DNA from: Archaeoglobaceae archaeon | Lineage (GTDB): Archaea > Halobacteriota > Archaeoglobi > Archaeoglobales > Archaeoglobaceae | Direction of reading: 5' to 3' | NCBI GenBank assembly: GCA_038866255.1 | Contig: JAWBZL010000002.1 | Location: 7,744-71,743 of the forward strand | Length of the DNA: 64,000 nt | Shown here: positions 1 through 14,542 of the stretch, in pieces | Layout: the number at the start of each line of letters is the position of its first letter | Numbering within the stretch: the first letter of the stretch is position 1 | Made by a program: the position numbers and the translations under genes | Notes under the pieces: generated by a model | Told to the model about the DNA's origin: nothing | Databases searched by the model: none | Seen by the model: only the letters and a program-made list of their open reading frames with translations

Positions 1-971
1 GTAGCTTTTCCGAGCCAAGCATCCTCCATTGGAGGTTTACCAACGATTGTTGCATGGTAAATTGGGTCTTCGCGATGGGTAATATTCGTTATGTGAAAAA
101 CTGGATATGGTTCTGGGGGCGTGTAGTAACCAGTGTGATCCCCAAAGGGTCCTTCGAGTCTTAGCTCGTTAACCTTCACATAGCCTTCAAGCACTATTTC
201 AGCTGTTGCTGGCACTTCCAAATCTATGGTTTCGCACTCAACGAGTTCAATTCTCTCTTTTCTTAAAAATCCTGCAAAAGCAAACTCGCTAACTCCTTCT
301 GGCAATGGAGCAGTTGCAGAGTAGAGAATTACTGGATCAACACCTATTGCAACGGCAACCTCAATTCTATCCCTCCCTTCTTCCACAACTTTTCTAAAAT
401 GCTCCGCCCCATGTTTATGGATTTGCCAGTGCATTCCGGTGGTTTTTCCATCAAATACCTGCATTCTGTAAACTCCAGCGTTTAGTTCACCGCTCAACGG
501 ATCTCTGGTTATCACAACTGGCAAAGTTATAAACTTTCCCCCATCTTTTGGCCAGCATTTCAGAATTGGGAATTTTTCAAGGCTTTCAGCCCTTTTTTCC
601 ATGCAGGGTGCGTTTCTAACTTTTCTTGGTGACATTGCCATAATTTCTTTCAGAGACTCAAATCCCTTTATTGCATCAAAAATTGAAGAAGGGCGTTTTT
701 TAAAAATTGAAAAAATTCTGTTCCTTATTTCCTCAAAATTTTTTATCTCAAGAGCCATTAGCATCCTTTTTTCACTACCAAATGCATTTGTAAGAACGGG
801 GATCGAATAGCCTTTAGGTTTTTCAAAAAAAAGAGCTTTCCCACCTTTTTTAACAACCCTGTCCGTTATCTCCGTTATCTCAAGTTCTGGGCTAACTTCA
901 AGCTTTATCCTTGCAAGTTCATTTTCTTCTTCGAGCTTTGAAATGAATTCACGGAGATCCTTGTAGGGCAT
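1..971 (-). CDS. UbiD-family (prenyl-FMN dependent) decarboxylase, N-terminal ~323 aa; 3' end lies beyond window start
   Basis: Own minus-strand translation from ATG 969-971: MPYKDLREFISKLEEENELARIKLEV...PILKCWPKDGGKFITLPVVITRDPLSGELNAGVYRMQVFDGKTTGMHWQI, canonical UbiD motifs; frame open to position 1; absent from ORF track because it has no stop in window. Confidence 0.85.
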   Translation of the reverse strand, partial: MPYKDLREFISKLEEENELARIKLEVSPELEITEITDRVVKKGGKALFFEKPKGYSIPVLTNAFGSEKRMLMALEIKNFEEIRNRIFSIFKKRPSSIFDAIKGFESLKEIMAMSPRKVRNAPCMEKRAESLEKFPILKCWPKDGGKFITLPVVITRDPLSGELNAGVYRMQVFDGKTTGMHWQIHKHGAEHFRKVVEEGRDRIEVAVAIGVDPVILYSATAPLPEGVSEFAFAGFLRKERIELVECETIDLEVPATAEIVLEGYVKVNELRLEGPFGDHTGYYTPPEPYPVFHITNITHREDPIYHATIVGKPPMEDAWLGKA

Positions 972-986
972 AGAATATCAGGGTTA

Positions 987-1000
987 CTTAAAAATTTATC
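987..1000. promoter_or_regulatory. Shared A/T-rich TATA region between divergent UbiD gene and arfC-like gene
   Basis: CTTAAAAATTTATC; ~22 nt from the minus-strand ATG (971, leaderless-like) and ~50 nt from GTG 1047, which has AGGAGT SD at 1035-1040. Confidence 0.4.
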
Positions 1001-1046
1001 TCTACTCCTTGAGAAAAAAGAAAAATACTGAGAAAGGAGTAAAATT

Positions 1047-1706
1047 GTGAGACCCCATGTTTTCATTAACATCGCAGCAAGTGTGGATGGAAAGATAAGC
1101 GATGAGAGCCGAAAGCAGATTAGGATATCCTGTAAGGAAGATCTAAAAAGAGTTGACGAACTAAGAGCTACTTCGGATGCTATAATGGTCGGTATTGGCA
1201 CGATTTTGGCAGACAATCCAAGATTGAACATTAAAAGTGAAGAATTAAGGAAAAAAAGAGTTGCCCAAGGCAAAAAGGAGAACCCGGTGAAGGTTATCGT
1301 CGACAGTAGGTGTAGAATCCCTGAGAATGCAAGGGTTTTTGATGGAGAAGTAATATTGGCGGTTTCAAAAATCGCTGACAGAGAGAGAGTTGAAAAGATT
1401 TCAAAAAAAGCTGAAGTTGTTGTTTTTGGTGAAAGGGAAGTGGATTTAACGGCTCTTTTTGAATACCTTTACAAAAAAGGAATCAAAAGGGTTATGGTTG
1501 AGGGTGGAGGGAAGCTTATTTCTTCCCTTCTTTCCAAAAACTTGGTTGACGAGGTTTTTATTTACTATTCCCCAATCTTTATCGGTGGCGAAAATTCGCC
1601 AACGGTCTGTGATGGAAGATCCTTTGCAACGCCATTGCGAATGGAGCTTGTGGAAGTGAAGAGATTTGGAGAGGGCTTTCTTGTTCACTTAAAAAGACTC
1701 GTATAG
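1047..1706 (+). CDS. arfC: 2,5-diamino-6-(ribosylamino)-4(3H)-pyrimidinone 5'-phosphate reductase (RibD C-terminal-domain family, archaeal riboflavin/F420 precursor pathway)
   Basis: GTG start 7 nt after AGGAGT; motifs INIAASVDGKI, SDAIMVGIGTILADNPRL, RVMVEGGGKLISSLL typical of RibD_C/DHFR-like reductases. Confidence 0.8.
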   Translation: MRPHVFINIAASVDGKISDESRKQIRISCKEDLKRVDELRATSDAIMVGIGTILADNPRLNIKSEELRKKRVAQGKKENPVKVIVDSRCRIPENARVFDGEVILAVSKIADRERVEKISKKAEVVVFGEREVDLTALFEYLYKKGIKRVMVEGGGKLISSLLSKNLVDEVFIYYSPIFIGGENSPTVCDGRSFATPLRMELVEVKRFGEGFLVHLKRLV

Positions 1707-2201
1707 CCTTTCATGCCTCAAATACGCTCCCCTGTCGACGAGGTTTTCAACCACAACCCTGTTTTTCTCTTGCTTTAAAATAAGAGTTGAATCAAATCTT
1801 GTCCTTCCAATGCCAAGGATATCGTTGTAGAGATTGCAGACAAAAACGACTTCGTTCTCTTCGAACTCACCAGCCTTAACTAATGACTCCCTGAAAATAT
1901 CCCTGCCGTAAAGAAAAAGCATTTCTCCTTTTTCATTGACCCAGACTTTCTTCTTTTCATTTTTCATCAGCCAAAAAGAGCCTTCAAGTGTTAATCGAAG
2001 TCTTTTTCCAATTTCTCCGATCTTTACACCCATATAGCAGTCCAAACCCTTTTTTGAGAGCTCATAGAGCTCTTCTGAGACTGCAAAAATCTCTTTACCT
2101 CTGGCAACAATTCTTTTATCTTTTAAAAAATCAAGGGAATTGAAAAATTTCAGCGCATTTCTCAGGATTTTCTCTTCTTTCTCGTTCAGATCCCTAAGCA
2201 A
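1689..2201 (-). CDS. NIP7-like ribosome-biogenesis protein with C-terminal PUA domain
   Basis: 170 aa; UPF0113/NIP7 layout, PUA-like C-terminus ([19 protein letters not shown]...[14 protein letters not shown]); start overlaps EF-2 stop by 8 nt, so it is the last gene of the rpo/str superoperon. Confidence 0.7.
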   Translation of the reverse strand: MLRDLNEKEEKILRNALKFFNSLDFLKDKRIVARGKEIFAVSEELYELSKKGLDCYMGVKIGEIGKRLRLTLEGSFWLMKNEKKKVWVNEKGEMLFLYGRDIFRESLVKAGEFEENEVVFVCNLYNDILGIGRTRFDSTLILKQEKNRVVVENLVDRGAYLRHERLYESF

Positions 2202-4389
2202 GGAACTCCTCCGGCTTCGGGATCTCGAGTTTCAGGCCTTTTCTTTTTCTGACTTCCATCACGAAATCTGTAAGCAAACTCGGTGGCACTTTTTCAAATC
2301 CTGCGTGTTCAGTGCTCCAGATGGCTTTTCCAGAAGTGGCAGACCTTATGCTCCCGGCAAATCCAAACATTTCTTTTACTGGCGCCTTTGCTGTGAGTGT
2401 TGCCAAGTCTCCGTCAATTTTTATGTCGAGTATATGCCCTCTCCTTCCCTGAATCTCCCTTGTAACATTCCCCATCATCGTCTGCGGTACCATGATGTAA
2501 ACATTCTGGTATGGCTCAAGCAAAGTTGCGTTCGCTTGCAAAATCGCAGCGAAAATCGCTGATCTCACTGCAGGAATTACCTGCGCAGGACCGCGGTGGA
2601 CTGCATCTTCATGTAATTTGCAGTCAACGAGCTTGACCTTTATCCCCATGCACGGCTCTCTCGCCAACGGACCAGTGCGCATCGCCTCCCTGAAACCTTC
2701 GAGGATTAGTTCCATTGTTTCATTGAGATACTGGATACCCTTGGTTACATCGCAGAAGAGATTACCTTCGAAGTACTCAACCGCGCCCGCAGCCTCTTCA
2801 CCATCGAGGCCAGCTTCCTGCAGTTTCCTCCTTCTCTCTTTTTTGTCCATCTTGAAATCAACTTCTCCTTCTCTGAACAATCTCCCAACCTCTGCTGGCA
2901 AAGGCTCAACGACAATGTAGAAGCGGTTGTGCTTGTTCGGCGATTTCCCTTCAACCGCGGGGGAAGTTGAGGTTACGGTTTCTCTGAAAACAACGATTGG
3001 CGGTGATGTAATAACTTCAAGGCCATAGTCACGCCTTATTTTTTCTACTTTAACTTCGAGATGTAATTCACCCATACCGCTTATCAAATGCTCTCCAGTT
3101 TCTTCGTTGAGCGTAATTTGCAACGTCGGATCTTCTTTTGCAAGCTTCCTAAGCACTTCAACAAGCTTCGGTAAATCTCTCGGATTCTTGGCTTCGATTG
3201 CCATTGTCACAACTGGTTCGCTGTAATGCTTTATGCTCTCGAAAGGCTCGATTTTTTCAAGCTCTGTGCAAGTCGAACCTGCAACTGCATCTTTTAGACC
3301 AACAAGAGCTACGATGTTTCCAGCTGGAATTTCCTCAACCTCAACTCTTCTCGGACCCATGTAAACACCCGTCGTTTGTACACGATTCTTTGCCTTCCTA
3401 TCGATTATGTAAAGCTCAACTCCTGGCTTTATGGTTCCACTGAAGAGTCTTCCAACCGCAACCTCACCTGCCTGCGGATCGACGACAATCTTTGTTACCA
3501 TCAGCACAACTGGCCCCTTACGATCACAGTTTGCCATTGCTTTTCCAACTTCGCTGTTTGCGTCGCCTTTCCAGATTATCTTAATTCTTTCCTTCTGTGC
3601 CTGAATTGGGTTTGGCAAATGCTTTACTACCATGTCGAGGATTACAACGTGAACAGGACTCTTCTTTGAAAGCTCTTTAACTTCACCTTTCTTTAGATAC
3701 TCGTAAACTTCTTTAAACCCTATTCCCGTGGTTTTTTGCGAAGTTATACTCACCGCCCACTTTTGTAATGCAGAACCAAATGCCACATTTCCCTTCTGAA
3801 CTTCTATTCTCCACTCGTTAACTCTATCTGGGCTGACAGATTTCAGAAGCTTGTTCACATCGTTTATGACCTTCACAAGTCTTTCCTGCATCTGCTGTGG
3901 GGTCAACTGCAGTTCTTTTATCAATCGATCTACCTTGTTCACGAAGAGAACTGGCTTTACACCCTCTTTCAAAGCTTGTCTCACAACTGTTTCTGTCTGG
4001 GGCATCACGCCCTCTACTGCGTCGACTACAATGATCACTCCGTCTACTGCCCTCATTGCTCTCGTGACTTCTCCACCGAAGTCAACGTGTCCCGGAGTGT
4101 CTATGAGGTTCACAAGAAACTCCTCGCCGTTGTAGTCGTGAACCATTGAAATGTTCGCAGCGTTTATCGTGATACCGCGCTCTTTTTCCTGCTCGTCAAA
4201 ATCGAGATAAAGCTGTTGTCCTGCGAGTTCCTCGCTGATTATTCCTGCCCCCGCAATTAGGGCATCGCTCAGTGTAGTTTTTCCATGATCTATGTGTGCC
4301 GCAATACCAATGTTTCGTATTTTCTCTGGTTTCCACATCAGTTCACTTATTCTTTCGACCATTTTCTTAGCTCTTGTCACTGCGATCAC
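2194..4389 (-). CDS. fusA: Translation elongation factor 2 (aEF-2)
   Basis: [20 protein letters not shown]1 motif, [13 protein letters not shown]; 731 aa. Start ambiguous: GTG 4389 (overlaps S7 stop), GTG 4380 (5 nt after GAGGTGA) or ATG 4362. Confidence 0.95.
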   Translation of the reverse strand: MIAVTRAKKMVERISELMWKPEKIRNIGIAAHIDHGKTTLSDALIAGAGIISEELAGQQLYLDFDEQEKERGITINAANISMVHDYNGEEFLVNLIDTPGHVDFGGEVTRAMRAVDGVIIVVDAVEGVMPQTETVVRQALKEGVKPVLFVNKVDRLIKELQLTPQQMQERLVKVINDVNKLLKSVSPDRVNEWRIEVQKGNVAFGSALQKWAVSITSQKTTGIGFKEVYEYLKKGEVKELSKKSPVHVVILDMVVKHLPNPIQAQKERIKIIWKGDANSEVGKAMANCDRKGPVVLMVTKIVVDPQAGEVAVGRLFSGTIKPGVELYIIDRKAKNRVQTTGVYMGPRRVEVEEIPAGNIVALVGLKDAVAGSTCTELEKIEPFESIKHYSEPVVTMAIEAKNPRDLPKLVEVLRKLAKEDPTLQITLNEETGEHLISGMGELHLEVKVEKIRRDYGLEVITSPPIVVFRETVTSTSPAVEGKSPNKHNRFYIVVEPLPAEVGRLFREGEVDFKMDKKERRRKLQEAGLDGEEAAGAVEYFEGNLFCDVTKGIQYLNETMELILEGFREAMRTGPLAREPCMGIKVKLVDCKLHEDAVHRGPAQVIPAVRSAIFAAILQANATLLEPYQNVYIMVPQTMMGNVTREIQGRRGHILDIKIDGDLATLTAKAPVKEMFGFAGSIRSATSGKAIWSTEHAGFEKVPPSLLTDFVMEVRKRKGLKLEIPKPEEFLA

Positions 4390-4967
4390 CTCGCGGACTT
4401 GGCAACTCTTTCAACTTCTTCTTTCTTGGATACAGCGTAGCTCTTCGTATCATTATTTGCCGCAGCGATTATCTCGTCTGCAAGGCAATATGCAATACTC
4501 TTCTTCGATTTAAAAGACGCCCTTCTTGCCCCCTCAACAATGTTTCTCAGCGCCACATCTACTCTGCGAAGGCTTGAAGTATCAACAGCCTTTGGCACAG
4601 CAATTCCACCGTATTTTAGTCTTACAACTTCTTCTCTTGGCCCAGCGTTAACAATTGCATCGACGAGAACTTGAATCGGATTTCTTTTCGTCTTTCTCTC
4701 AATTATCTCAAAGGTTTCGCGGACTATGTTGTAGGCGCTCATTTTCTTTCCCGTGTTCTTTTCCTTGCGCATAACCTTGTTTATAAGTCGTTCGACAACA
4801 AAGACTTTCTCTTTTGCAAAAGCATCAAAGTGCCTGCCATGAGTGTGGAGTGTAAACGTTGGTTTGAGACAGATATAGCTCTTTAAAGCTGGATCTTTAA
4901 CTTCGACATCTTTAACGCTGTATTTCCCAAAAACAAGTAAATCCTCCTCACTTAAGCCGTAGGCCAT
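4386..4967 (-). CDS. rps7: 30S ribosomal protein S7 (uS7)
   Basis: 193 aa; archaeal uS7 sequence and position between S12 and EF-2. Confidence 0.95.
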   Translation of the reverse strand: MAYGLSEEDLLVFGKYSVKDVEVKDPALKSYICLKPTFTLHTHGRHFDAFAKEKVFVVERLINKVMRKEKNTGKKMSAYNIVRETFEIIERKTKRNPIQVLVDAIVNAGPREEVVRLKYGGIAVPKAVDTSSLRRVDVALRNIVEGARRASFKSKKSIAYCLADEIIAAANNDTKSYAVSKKEEVERVAKSAR

Positions 4968-4970
4968 ACT

Positions 4971-5399
4971 TCACCTCATCTTCTTCTCCTTTCTACCTTT
5001 TACAAGCTCTTTTAGACTTGTTTCATTAACCTTTATCACCTTGTATCTCACTCCCGGAATGTCTCCCATGCTCCTACCCATTCTACCGCCGATTTTCTCG
5101 ACGATAACTTCATCGTGCTCATCAATGAAATTGATCGCACCATCGCCTGGTGTGAAAGCAGTAATCTGTCTACCGTTCTTGATCAACTGCACTCTGACTG
5201 CTTTCCTTATTCCCGAATTCGGCTGCCTTGCTTCAATTCCTATCTTTTCAAGCACAATTCCTCGAGCCATTGGTGCCCCTTCCAAGGGATCAGCTTTCTT
5301 CGCTAATCCCAGAACTCTTCTAACGTACTTTTTCTGACTCCACCTGAACTTCTTTTTCACTTCGAGTATCTTTCTTGCGGCGAACAGTCCATAGCCCAT
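4971..5399 (-). CDS. rps12: 30S ribosomal protein S12 (uS12)
   Basis: 142 aa; [29 protein letters not shown] signature. Confidence 0.95.
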   Translation of the reverse strand: MGYGLFAARKILEVKKKFRWSQKKYVRRVLGLAKKADPLEGAPMARGIVLEKIGIEARQPNSGIRKAVRVQLIKNGRQITAFTPGDGAINFIDEHDEVIVEKIGGRMGRSMGDIPGVRYKVIKVNETSLKELVKGRKEKKMR

Positions 5400-5403
5400 A
5401 CCA

Positions 5404-5828
5404 TCACCTTACCACTATGTCTTCGATGTTGTGATGCCTTTTAGCTAATTCTTTCGCTTTATTAATGTTTTTGCCACCTTTACCAATGACAATCCCCTTT
5501 AAATCCGGGGACACCATGATCTGCGCTGTTTTTGCACTTCCCTTGTCAAGGATCTTCACGTTCACTTTTATCGGCTTGAATATGTTAGATATGAACTCTG
5601 CTGGATCATCGGAGTGCTCTATTATCTCTATCTTTCTCCCTATGAGTTCTCTTGCTCTATCAACGTTTATACCCCCTTTTCCAATTGCCAAGCCCATGTC
5701 TCCTTTTTTGACAATAAAAATGACTTTATCGTCGTAAACAAGGCAGTCCTTAACACTCGCTCCAGTTAGATTTTCAAAAAGTGTGAGATACCTGATCTCC
5801 TCTGAAGATAGTTTCATTTCCATATCCA

Positions 5829-5832
<4 letters not shown>
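5404..5832 (-). CDS. nusA: Archaeal NusA-like transcription termination/antitermination protein (two KH domains)
   Basis: 142 aa, two GKGG KH motifs ([18 protein letters not shown]); conserved position between L30e and S12. Confidence 0.9.
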
Positions 5833-9849
<4,017 letters not shown>

Positions 9850-9857
9850 AAAATCAC

Positions 9858-11669
9858 CTAAGCCTTATCTCCAAGCTTCAACCTTGGGGCAATCATCATG
9901 GACTTTAGCTCATCGAGTAAAAGTTTAAACGCATAGCTCATTTCAACACGGAAAATGTTTGTATCATCATCGCAAACATTGCAGTAAGCTGTGCCTTTCC
10001 GATAATCAAACATCGCCACATGGCCACAATTTCCGCAAACCCAGACATCAACCTTGTCTGACTCATCAAGAAGTCTGTCCTTCAACAAAAGTGCCACTCC
10101 ATGGCCAATGAGAACATCCCTCTCCATCTCCCCAAATCTCAGCCCACCTTTTCTCGCTCTTCCTTCTGTTGGTTGCCTCGTTAGTATCTGCACTGGTCCA
10201 CGACTTCTTGCATGTATTTTTCCAGAAACCATGTGATATAACTTCTGGTAGTAGATAACCCCTACAAAGATATCCGCAACGTATTTCTTCCCAGTTATTC
10301 CATCATACATTACTTCCTTCCCAGTATGGCTAAAACCATACTTTTTAAGTGTTTCTCTTAAATCGTATTCTTTCTCCCCATAGAAAATCGTGCCATCGAC
10401 TCTTCTTGCCTCAAGAGAGCCAACTTTACCGCCAATCATCTCGAGAACGTGTCCAACTGTCATTCTCGATGGAATTGCGTGTGGGTTAAGAATCATATCT
10501 GGCACGATACCGGATTCTGTAAATGGCATATCCTCTTCAGGAACTATCAGCCCCACAACTCCTTTTTGTCCGTGTCTCGAGGCAAATTTATCTCCAAGCT
10601 CGGGAATTCTCAGATCTCTCACTCTTACCTTTGCAAGTTTTGAACCATTTTCAGATTGAACAAGAAAAACTGCATCAACAACACCTTTCTCATTGCTCCT
10701 CATTGTAACAGAGGTTTCTCTTCTTTTTTGTGGTGATATTCCTACTTCCAGTTCTTCAAGAAATCTTGGCGGGGAAGTCCTTCCTATCAGCACGTCATCT
10801 GGTCCAACTTCCGTTTCTGGATGAACAAGTCCATCCTCGTCGAGATGCGCATATTCTTCAGAACCTCTGAAACCCGCTATATCAGCCCCAGGAATTTCGA
10901 ACTTATCCTCTTGCCCCCCCGGGTAGCGCATCTCTTCAGATTCATATGTTCGGAAAAATAAACTTCTTCCAATTCCCCTATCAACGCTTCCCTTGTTCAG
11001 AATTATGGCATCTTCAATGTTGTACCCTTCGTAGCTAAGCACTGCAACTATGAAGTTTTGCCCGGATGGGCGATCATCGTAATTCATTTTCAGCTGCGTA
11101 TCCGTTGTTACTATTGGAAGCTGGGGATATTGGAACAAATGGCCTCTTGTGTCAGTTCTCCAGTCAATGTTCGAGTAAGGAATCCCCAGTCCCTGCTTTA
11201 TCATCGCTGCTCCCATCGTATTTCTTGGTGAAGCGTTATGCTCCGCATAGGGTATGCTACCAACACAAATTCCAACAATAAGACTTGGATCGAGCTCGAG
11301 ATGTGTGTGCTCTTCTGTTAAATCCTTTTCGTAAACAGCAACAAGTGCATTCTCTTCCTCCTCTGCATCAACATACTCTATAGCCCCCATTTTCACAAGA
11401 TCTTCAAAACTCATTTCACCGCTTTCCAGCTTTTTTATATGTTTCTCCGTAACCAAGGGTTTTCCGTTTTTAACAACAATCAAAGGTCTCCTTGCTCTAC
11501 CCGCATCTGTATTTATTCTAACCTCGTTCGAATCTGCAAAATAGGCAACGTTGACCTGATTCGAGATCTTTCCCTTCCTCCTCAGCTCTCTTATCTCCTC
11601 GGCGAGTTTTTCCCCATTATAATGAAATCCCACAAGAGCGCCATTAACATAAACCCTGCATCTCCTCAT
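9858..11669 (-). CDS. rpoB1: DNA-directed RNA polymerase subunit B' (C-terminal half of split RpoB)
   Basis: 603 aa; [25 protein letters not shown]-terminal zinc ribbon CGNCG...CNVC. Confidence 0.97.
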   Translation of the reverse strand: MRRCRVYVNGALVGFHYNGEKLAEEIRELRRKGKISNQVNVAYFADSNEVRINTDAGRARRPLIVVKNGKPLVTEKHIKKLESGEMSFEDLVKMGAIEYVDAEEEENALVAVYEKDLTEEHTHLELDPSLIVGICVGSIPYAEHNASPRNTMGAAMIKQGLGIPYSNIDWRTDTRGHLFQYPQLPIVTTDTQLKMNYDDRPSGQNFIVAVLSYEGYNIEDAIILNKGSVDRGIGRSLFFRTYESEEMRYPGGQEDKFEIPGADIAGFRGSEEYAHLDEDGLVHPETEVGPDDVLIGRTSPPRFLEELEVGISPQKRRETSVTMRSNEKGVVDAVFLVQSENGSKLAKVRVRDLRIPELGDKFASRHGQKGVVGLIVPEEDMPFTESGIVPDMILNPHAIPSRMTVGHVLEMIGGKVGSLEARRVDGTIFYGEKEYDLRETLKKYGFSHTGKEVMYDGITGKKYVADIFVGVIYYQKLYHMVSGKIHARSRGPVQILTRQPTEGRARKGGLRFGEMERDVLIGHGVALLLKDRLLDESDKVDVWVCGNCGHVAMFDYRKGTAYCNVCDDDTNIFRVEMSYAFKLLLDELKSMMIAPRLKLGDKA

Positions 11670-11670
11670 T

Positions 11671-13212
11671 TCAACCCCTCAGCATTTCAACACCGAGTTT
11701 TGGTAAAATTGATAAAACCTCCTTTTCATCAACACCCACACTAACCTCCGCATACTGGGCAAAATTCTTAACCAGTCCACAATTTGGACCTTCAGGAGTT
11801 TCGGATGGGCAAATCCTGCCCCAATGAGTTGCATGAAGATCGCGAGCTTCAAAATGCGGTTGTGATCTTGAAAGTGGAGAAACAACTCTGCGTAGATGAG
11901 AAAGCAGTGAGATGAAGTTATGTCTGTCAATTAGCTGAGAAATTCCAGTCCTCCCACCCACCCAGTTTCCAGTTGCCATTGGGTGCATTATTCTGTCCGT
12001 AAGGACATCGCTTCTAACTGCAGTTGATAATTTCATACTCCTCCCACGCATTTTTGCTCTTTCAAGTTGATACTTTACATCCTTTATGAGCCTTAGAAAA
12101 GCGACTCTGAATATTTCCTCCATGAGATCTCCAGCAAGCCTGAGTCTTTTGTTTGCATAGTGATCTTTATCATCTTCTCTGCGCAAACCTAAATGGAGCT
12201 CAAAGATCAATTCTGCCATCCTCCCAAGGAAAAACGCTTTTGCCTTCCTCGCCTCTTTTTCTATCCCCAGATGTGGTAAGAAATACTGATCAAGAACCTG
12301 TTCGGCTCTCTGAATTCTGTATTCTCTGCTCTGCCCGGGTGCAACTCTTTTACCTATGTATTCTATTGCATCTTCCGATGTCTGTATATCTGAAATTTCG
12401 GGATCTTCGATGTTTTGAAGCATGTATCTCATTATCTGCGGATTCGTGCTAACCATTTCCACTATTTCCTGATCACTTTCAACTCCAAGCGCTCTCATTA
12501 AGATAACAAACTTTATCGGCTTTGGAAGCTGCGGAAATGTAACCTCAAGCAGATTACCTCTTGTTCTTTCAACAACTATAAGCGCTCTGTAACCTGCTCT
12601 CTGACTGAAGCACTTCGCAACCTCTACCATTTCTCCGTATTTTTCCTCTTTTTCGAGCAAAACCTTGTTTGGGGCCAAGTCTTCAAGTGTTACTATTGCC
12701 CTCTCTGTTCCATTTATTATAAAATATCCTCCGGGATCAAGTGGGTCCTCACCAGCGAGACAGAGTTTTTCTTCATAGCTAAGGGTTTCAACGTTTCTCT
12801 TTAAAACGAATTCAAGAACTTTGTCAATTCTCTCAGGGCTGAGATTGCAGATCTTCGATTTTACCATTACTGGGAACATACCTATTTCAACTATTTCTTT
12901 TTCGAGTGGTTTTCCATCATCGTAAACAACTGCTTCAAGATAAATTGGGGCAGCATAGTTAAGATTTCTTAGCCTTGCATGACTCGGCAATAAAGGCGCC
13001 TGAGGACCGTCAGCTTCTTTTACAATCGGATTTCCAACCCTTATTCTCCCAAGTTCGATGTAAGTGTTTGGAATCTCGAGCTCGATTATTTTCTGCTCAT
13101 CTATAACTCTTTGAAGTCCCTCGTCAATGAACCTATTAAAGGAGTCTATCTGGTGTTTTACAAGCCTACTATGGGTGAAATACTCTCTTGCAAGAACACG
13201 AGTATTCAGCAT
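11671..13212 (-). CDS. rpoB2: DNA-directed RNA polymerase subunit B'' (N-terminal half of split RpoB)
   Basis: 513 aa; [19 protein letters not shown]...[16 protein letters not shown]; stop is 1 nt from the B' ATG. Confidence 0.97.
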   Translation of the reverse strand: MLNTRVLAREYFTHSRLVKHQIDSFNRFIDEGLQRVIDEQKIIELEIPNTYIELGRIRVGNPIVKEADGPQAPLLPSHARLRNLNYAAPIYLEAVVYDDGKPLEKEIVEIGMFPVMVKSKICNLSPERIDKVLEFVLKRNVETLSYEEKLCLAGEDPLDPGGYFIINGTERAIVTLEDLAPNKVLLEKEEKYGEMVEVAKCFSQRAGYRALIVVERTRGNLLEVTFPQLPKPIKFVILMRALGVESDQEIVEMVSTNPQIMRYMLQNIEDPEISDIQTSEDAIEYIGKRVAPGQSREYRIQRAEQVLDQYFLPHLGIEKEARKAKAFFLGRMAELIFELHLGLRREDDKDHYANKRLRLAGDLMEEIFRVAFLRLIKDVKYQLERAKMRGRSMKLSTAVRSDVLTDRIMHPMATGNWVGGRTGISQLIDRHNFISLLSHLRRVVSPLSRSQPHFEARDLHATHWGRICPSETPEGPNCGLVKNFAQYAEVSVGVDEKEVLSILPKLGVEMLRG

Positions 13213-13222
13213 AACACCACCT

Positions 13223-13456
13223 TCACTCTATAACCAACCTGTAAAAAATACTAACACCTGCAGTTGGGCTTTTTCTTGTTATCTTAACAACATCCCCCGG
13301 TTTAGCCCCAATTTCTTTTACAATTGGATCTGTTGCCTTTATTTTTGGAAGTTGCTCTTTACTAACTCCAAGTAATTTCAAAAGCTCTTTTAACTCCTCC
13401 TCCTTTAGAATCTCGTGCTTTGGCACAAGCACGTGATCCTGCAAGCTCACTTTCAT
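13223..13456 (-). CDS. rpoH: DNA-directed RNA polymerase subunit H (Rpb5 homolog)
   Basis: [21 protein letters not shown]...[14 protein letters not shown]; ATG 13456 is preceded by GAGGTGA (13459-13465). The ORF track's longer start (13501) adds 15 aa not typical of RpoH. Confidence 0.85.
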   Translation of the reverse strand: MKVSLQDHVLVPKHEILKEEELKELLKLLGVSKEQLPKIKATDPIVKEIGAKPGDVVKITRKSPTAGVSIFYRLVIE

Positions 13457-13590
13457 GCTCACCTCGGAACCTACGGGCTCAAACGCATGTTTCCTGCCCA
13501 TAAACCCCGTAAAGGATCGGAGATCACTTCCGGGATTTGGGGCAATTTTGAGAGTTCTTGCACGAGCCCGTAAAAAGAAAGGCGAAGACT

Positions 13591-13606
13591 GTTAAAAAAG
13601 CTTTCG
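13591..13606 (-). promoter_or_regulatory. BRE/TATA promoter of the rpoH-led RNA polymerase operon
   Basis: Minus strand reads CGAAAG-CTTTTTTAAC; the same CGAAAG + T/A module precedes tRNA-Glu and SUI1 in this window. Confidence 0.5.
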
Positions 13607-13651
13607 ACAGAAAGAGGAATTTATCCCCACCTGATTAATATTGCAACAAGC

Positions 13652-13660
13652 TTTTTATAT
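13652..13660 (+). promoter_or_regulatory. TATA box for the ATP-cone/nuclease gene (leaderless-type spacing)
   Basis: TTTTTATAT centred ~26 nt upstream of ATG 13682; no SD in between. Confidence 0.45.
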
Positions 13661-13681
13661 GCAGACACAAATTGATCAGCA

Positions 13682-14470
13682 ATGAAAGTTATAAAAAAAG
13701 ATGGTAGAAGAGAGAATTTCAGTGAGGAAAAAATAATAAAAACAGTAACTCGCGCCGGTTTGGACAAAGAAAGGGCAAAAATTGTTGCTGAGAGGGTTAA
13801 GGAAAAAGTCTACGATGGAATTACTACTGATGAGATATTAAAAATTGTTCTGGAGGAGATTGAGAGATTTTCAAGTAAGGTTTCTGCAAAGTACAACTTA
13901 AAGGCATCCCTTCTCCGCTTGGGACCAGCGGGATATGGGTTTGAGAAATTTGTTTCCAGCTTACTTAGCGAGTATGGCTACAAAACGATATTAAACACGT
14001 CCATTCATGGGAAATGCGCTATGCACGAGATCGATGTAATCGCGGAAAGGGGGGAAAGGTTCATCATTGAGTGCAAGTTCCACAATGCCCCAAGTTATAC
14101 GGGTTTAAAGGAAATTCTTTACTCCTACGCTCGTTTTCTCGATATTATTGAAGCTGGGAACAAATTTGATAACCTCTGGATTTTTACAAACACGAAATTT
14201 TCGAGTGAGGCAATAAAGTTTGCGGAATGCAGAAAGGTTAGGCTTACTGGATGGCGTTATCCTGAAGGAGAGGGAATTGAATTTTTGCTGGAAAATAAAA
14301 ACCTTTACCCGATAACGGTTTTGAAGCTCACAAGTTTTGAAATTGAGGAATTGCTTAAGAACAGAATTGCATTTTGCACAGATATAGTAAGCAATGAAAA
14401 AAAGCTGAGGGACATGTTTGGGAGGAGAGGAGGAGAGATAGTTGAGGGAGCAAAAAGCGTGGTTTCTTAG
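13682..14470 (+). CDS. ATP-cone domain fused to a PD-(D/E)xK (Mrr_cat-like) restriction-endonuclease-fold domain
   Basis: N-terminus MKVIKKDGRRENFSEEKIIKTV matches the ATP-cone signature (as in NrdR/RNR). Middle GYGFEKFVSSLLSEYGYK...HEIDVIAERGERFIIECKFH matches the Mrr_cat D...ExK core. Confidence 0.75.
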   Translation: MKVIKKDGRRENFSEEKIIKTVTRAGLDKERAKIVAERVKEKVYDGITTDEILKIVLEEIERFSSKVSAKYNLKASLLRLGPAGYGFEKFVSSLLSEYGYKTILNTSIHGKCAMHEIDVIAERGERFIIECKFHNAPSYTGLKEILYSYARFLDIIEAGNKFDNLWIFTNTKFSSEAIKFAECRKVRLTGWRYPEGEGIEFLLENKNLYPITVLKLTSFEIEELLKNRIAFCTDIVSNEKKLRDMFGRRGGEIVEGAKSVVS

Positions 14471-14542
14471 CGATAAGCTTTGTGAATTCAATTTTCGAAA
14501 ATGTTTTATGTCTTTTAAGATCATTCGCTTGGGGGTGATGAG

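Noticed and set aside
905-1273. 122-aa minus-strand ORF bridging the UbiD start, the promoter spacer and the arfC-like gene
   Set aside because: It crosses a divergent promoter region and is antisense to the reductase gene. The real minus-strand gene (UbiD) starts at 971 in another frame.
9858-13212. The rpoB coding region split into two ORFs separated by 1 nt, as a possible frameshift or pseudogene
   Set aside because: A split B''/B' is the normal state in methanogens, halophiles and Archaeoglobales. Both halves are complete, and the junction is a clean stop followed by an ATG.
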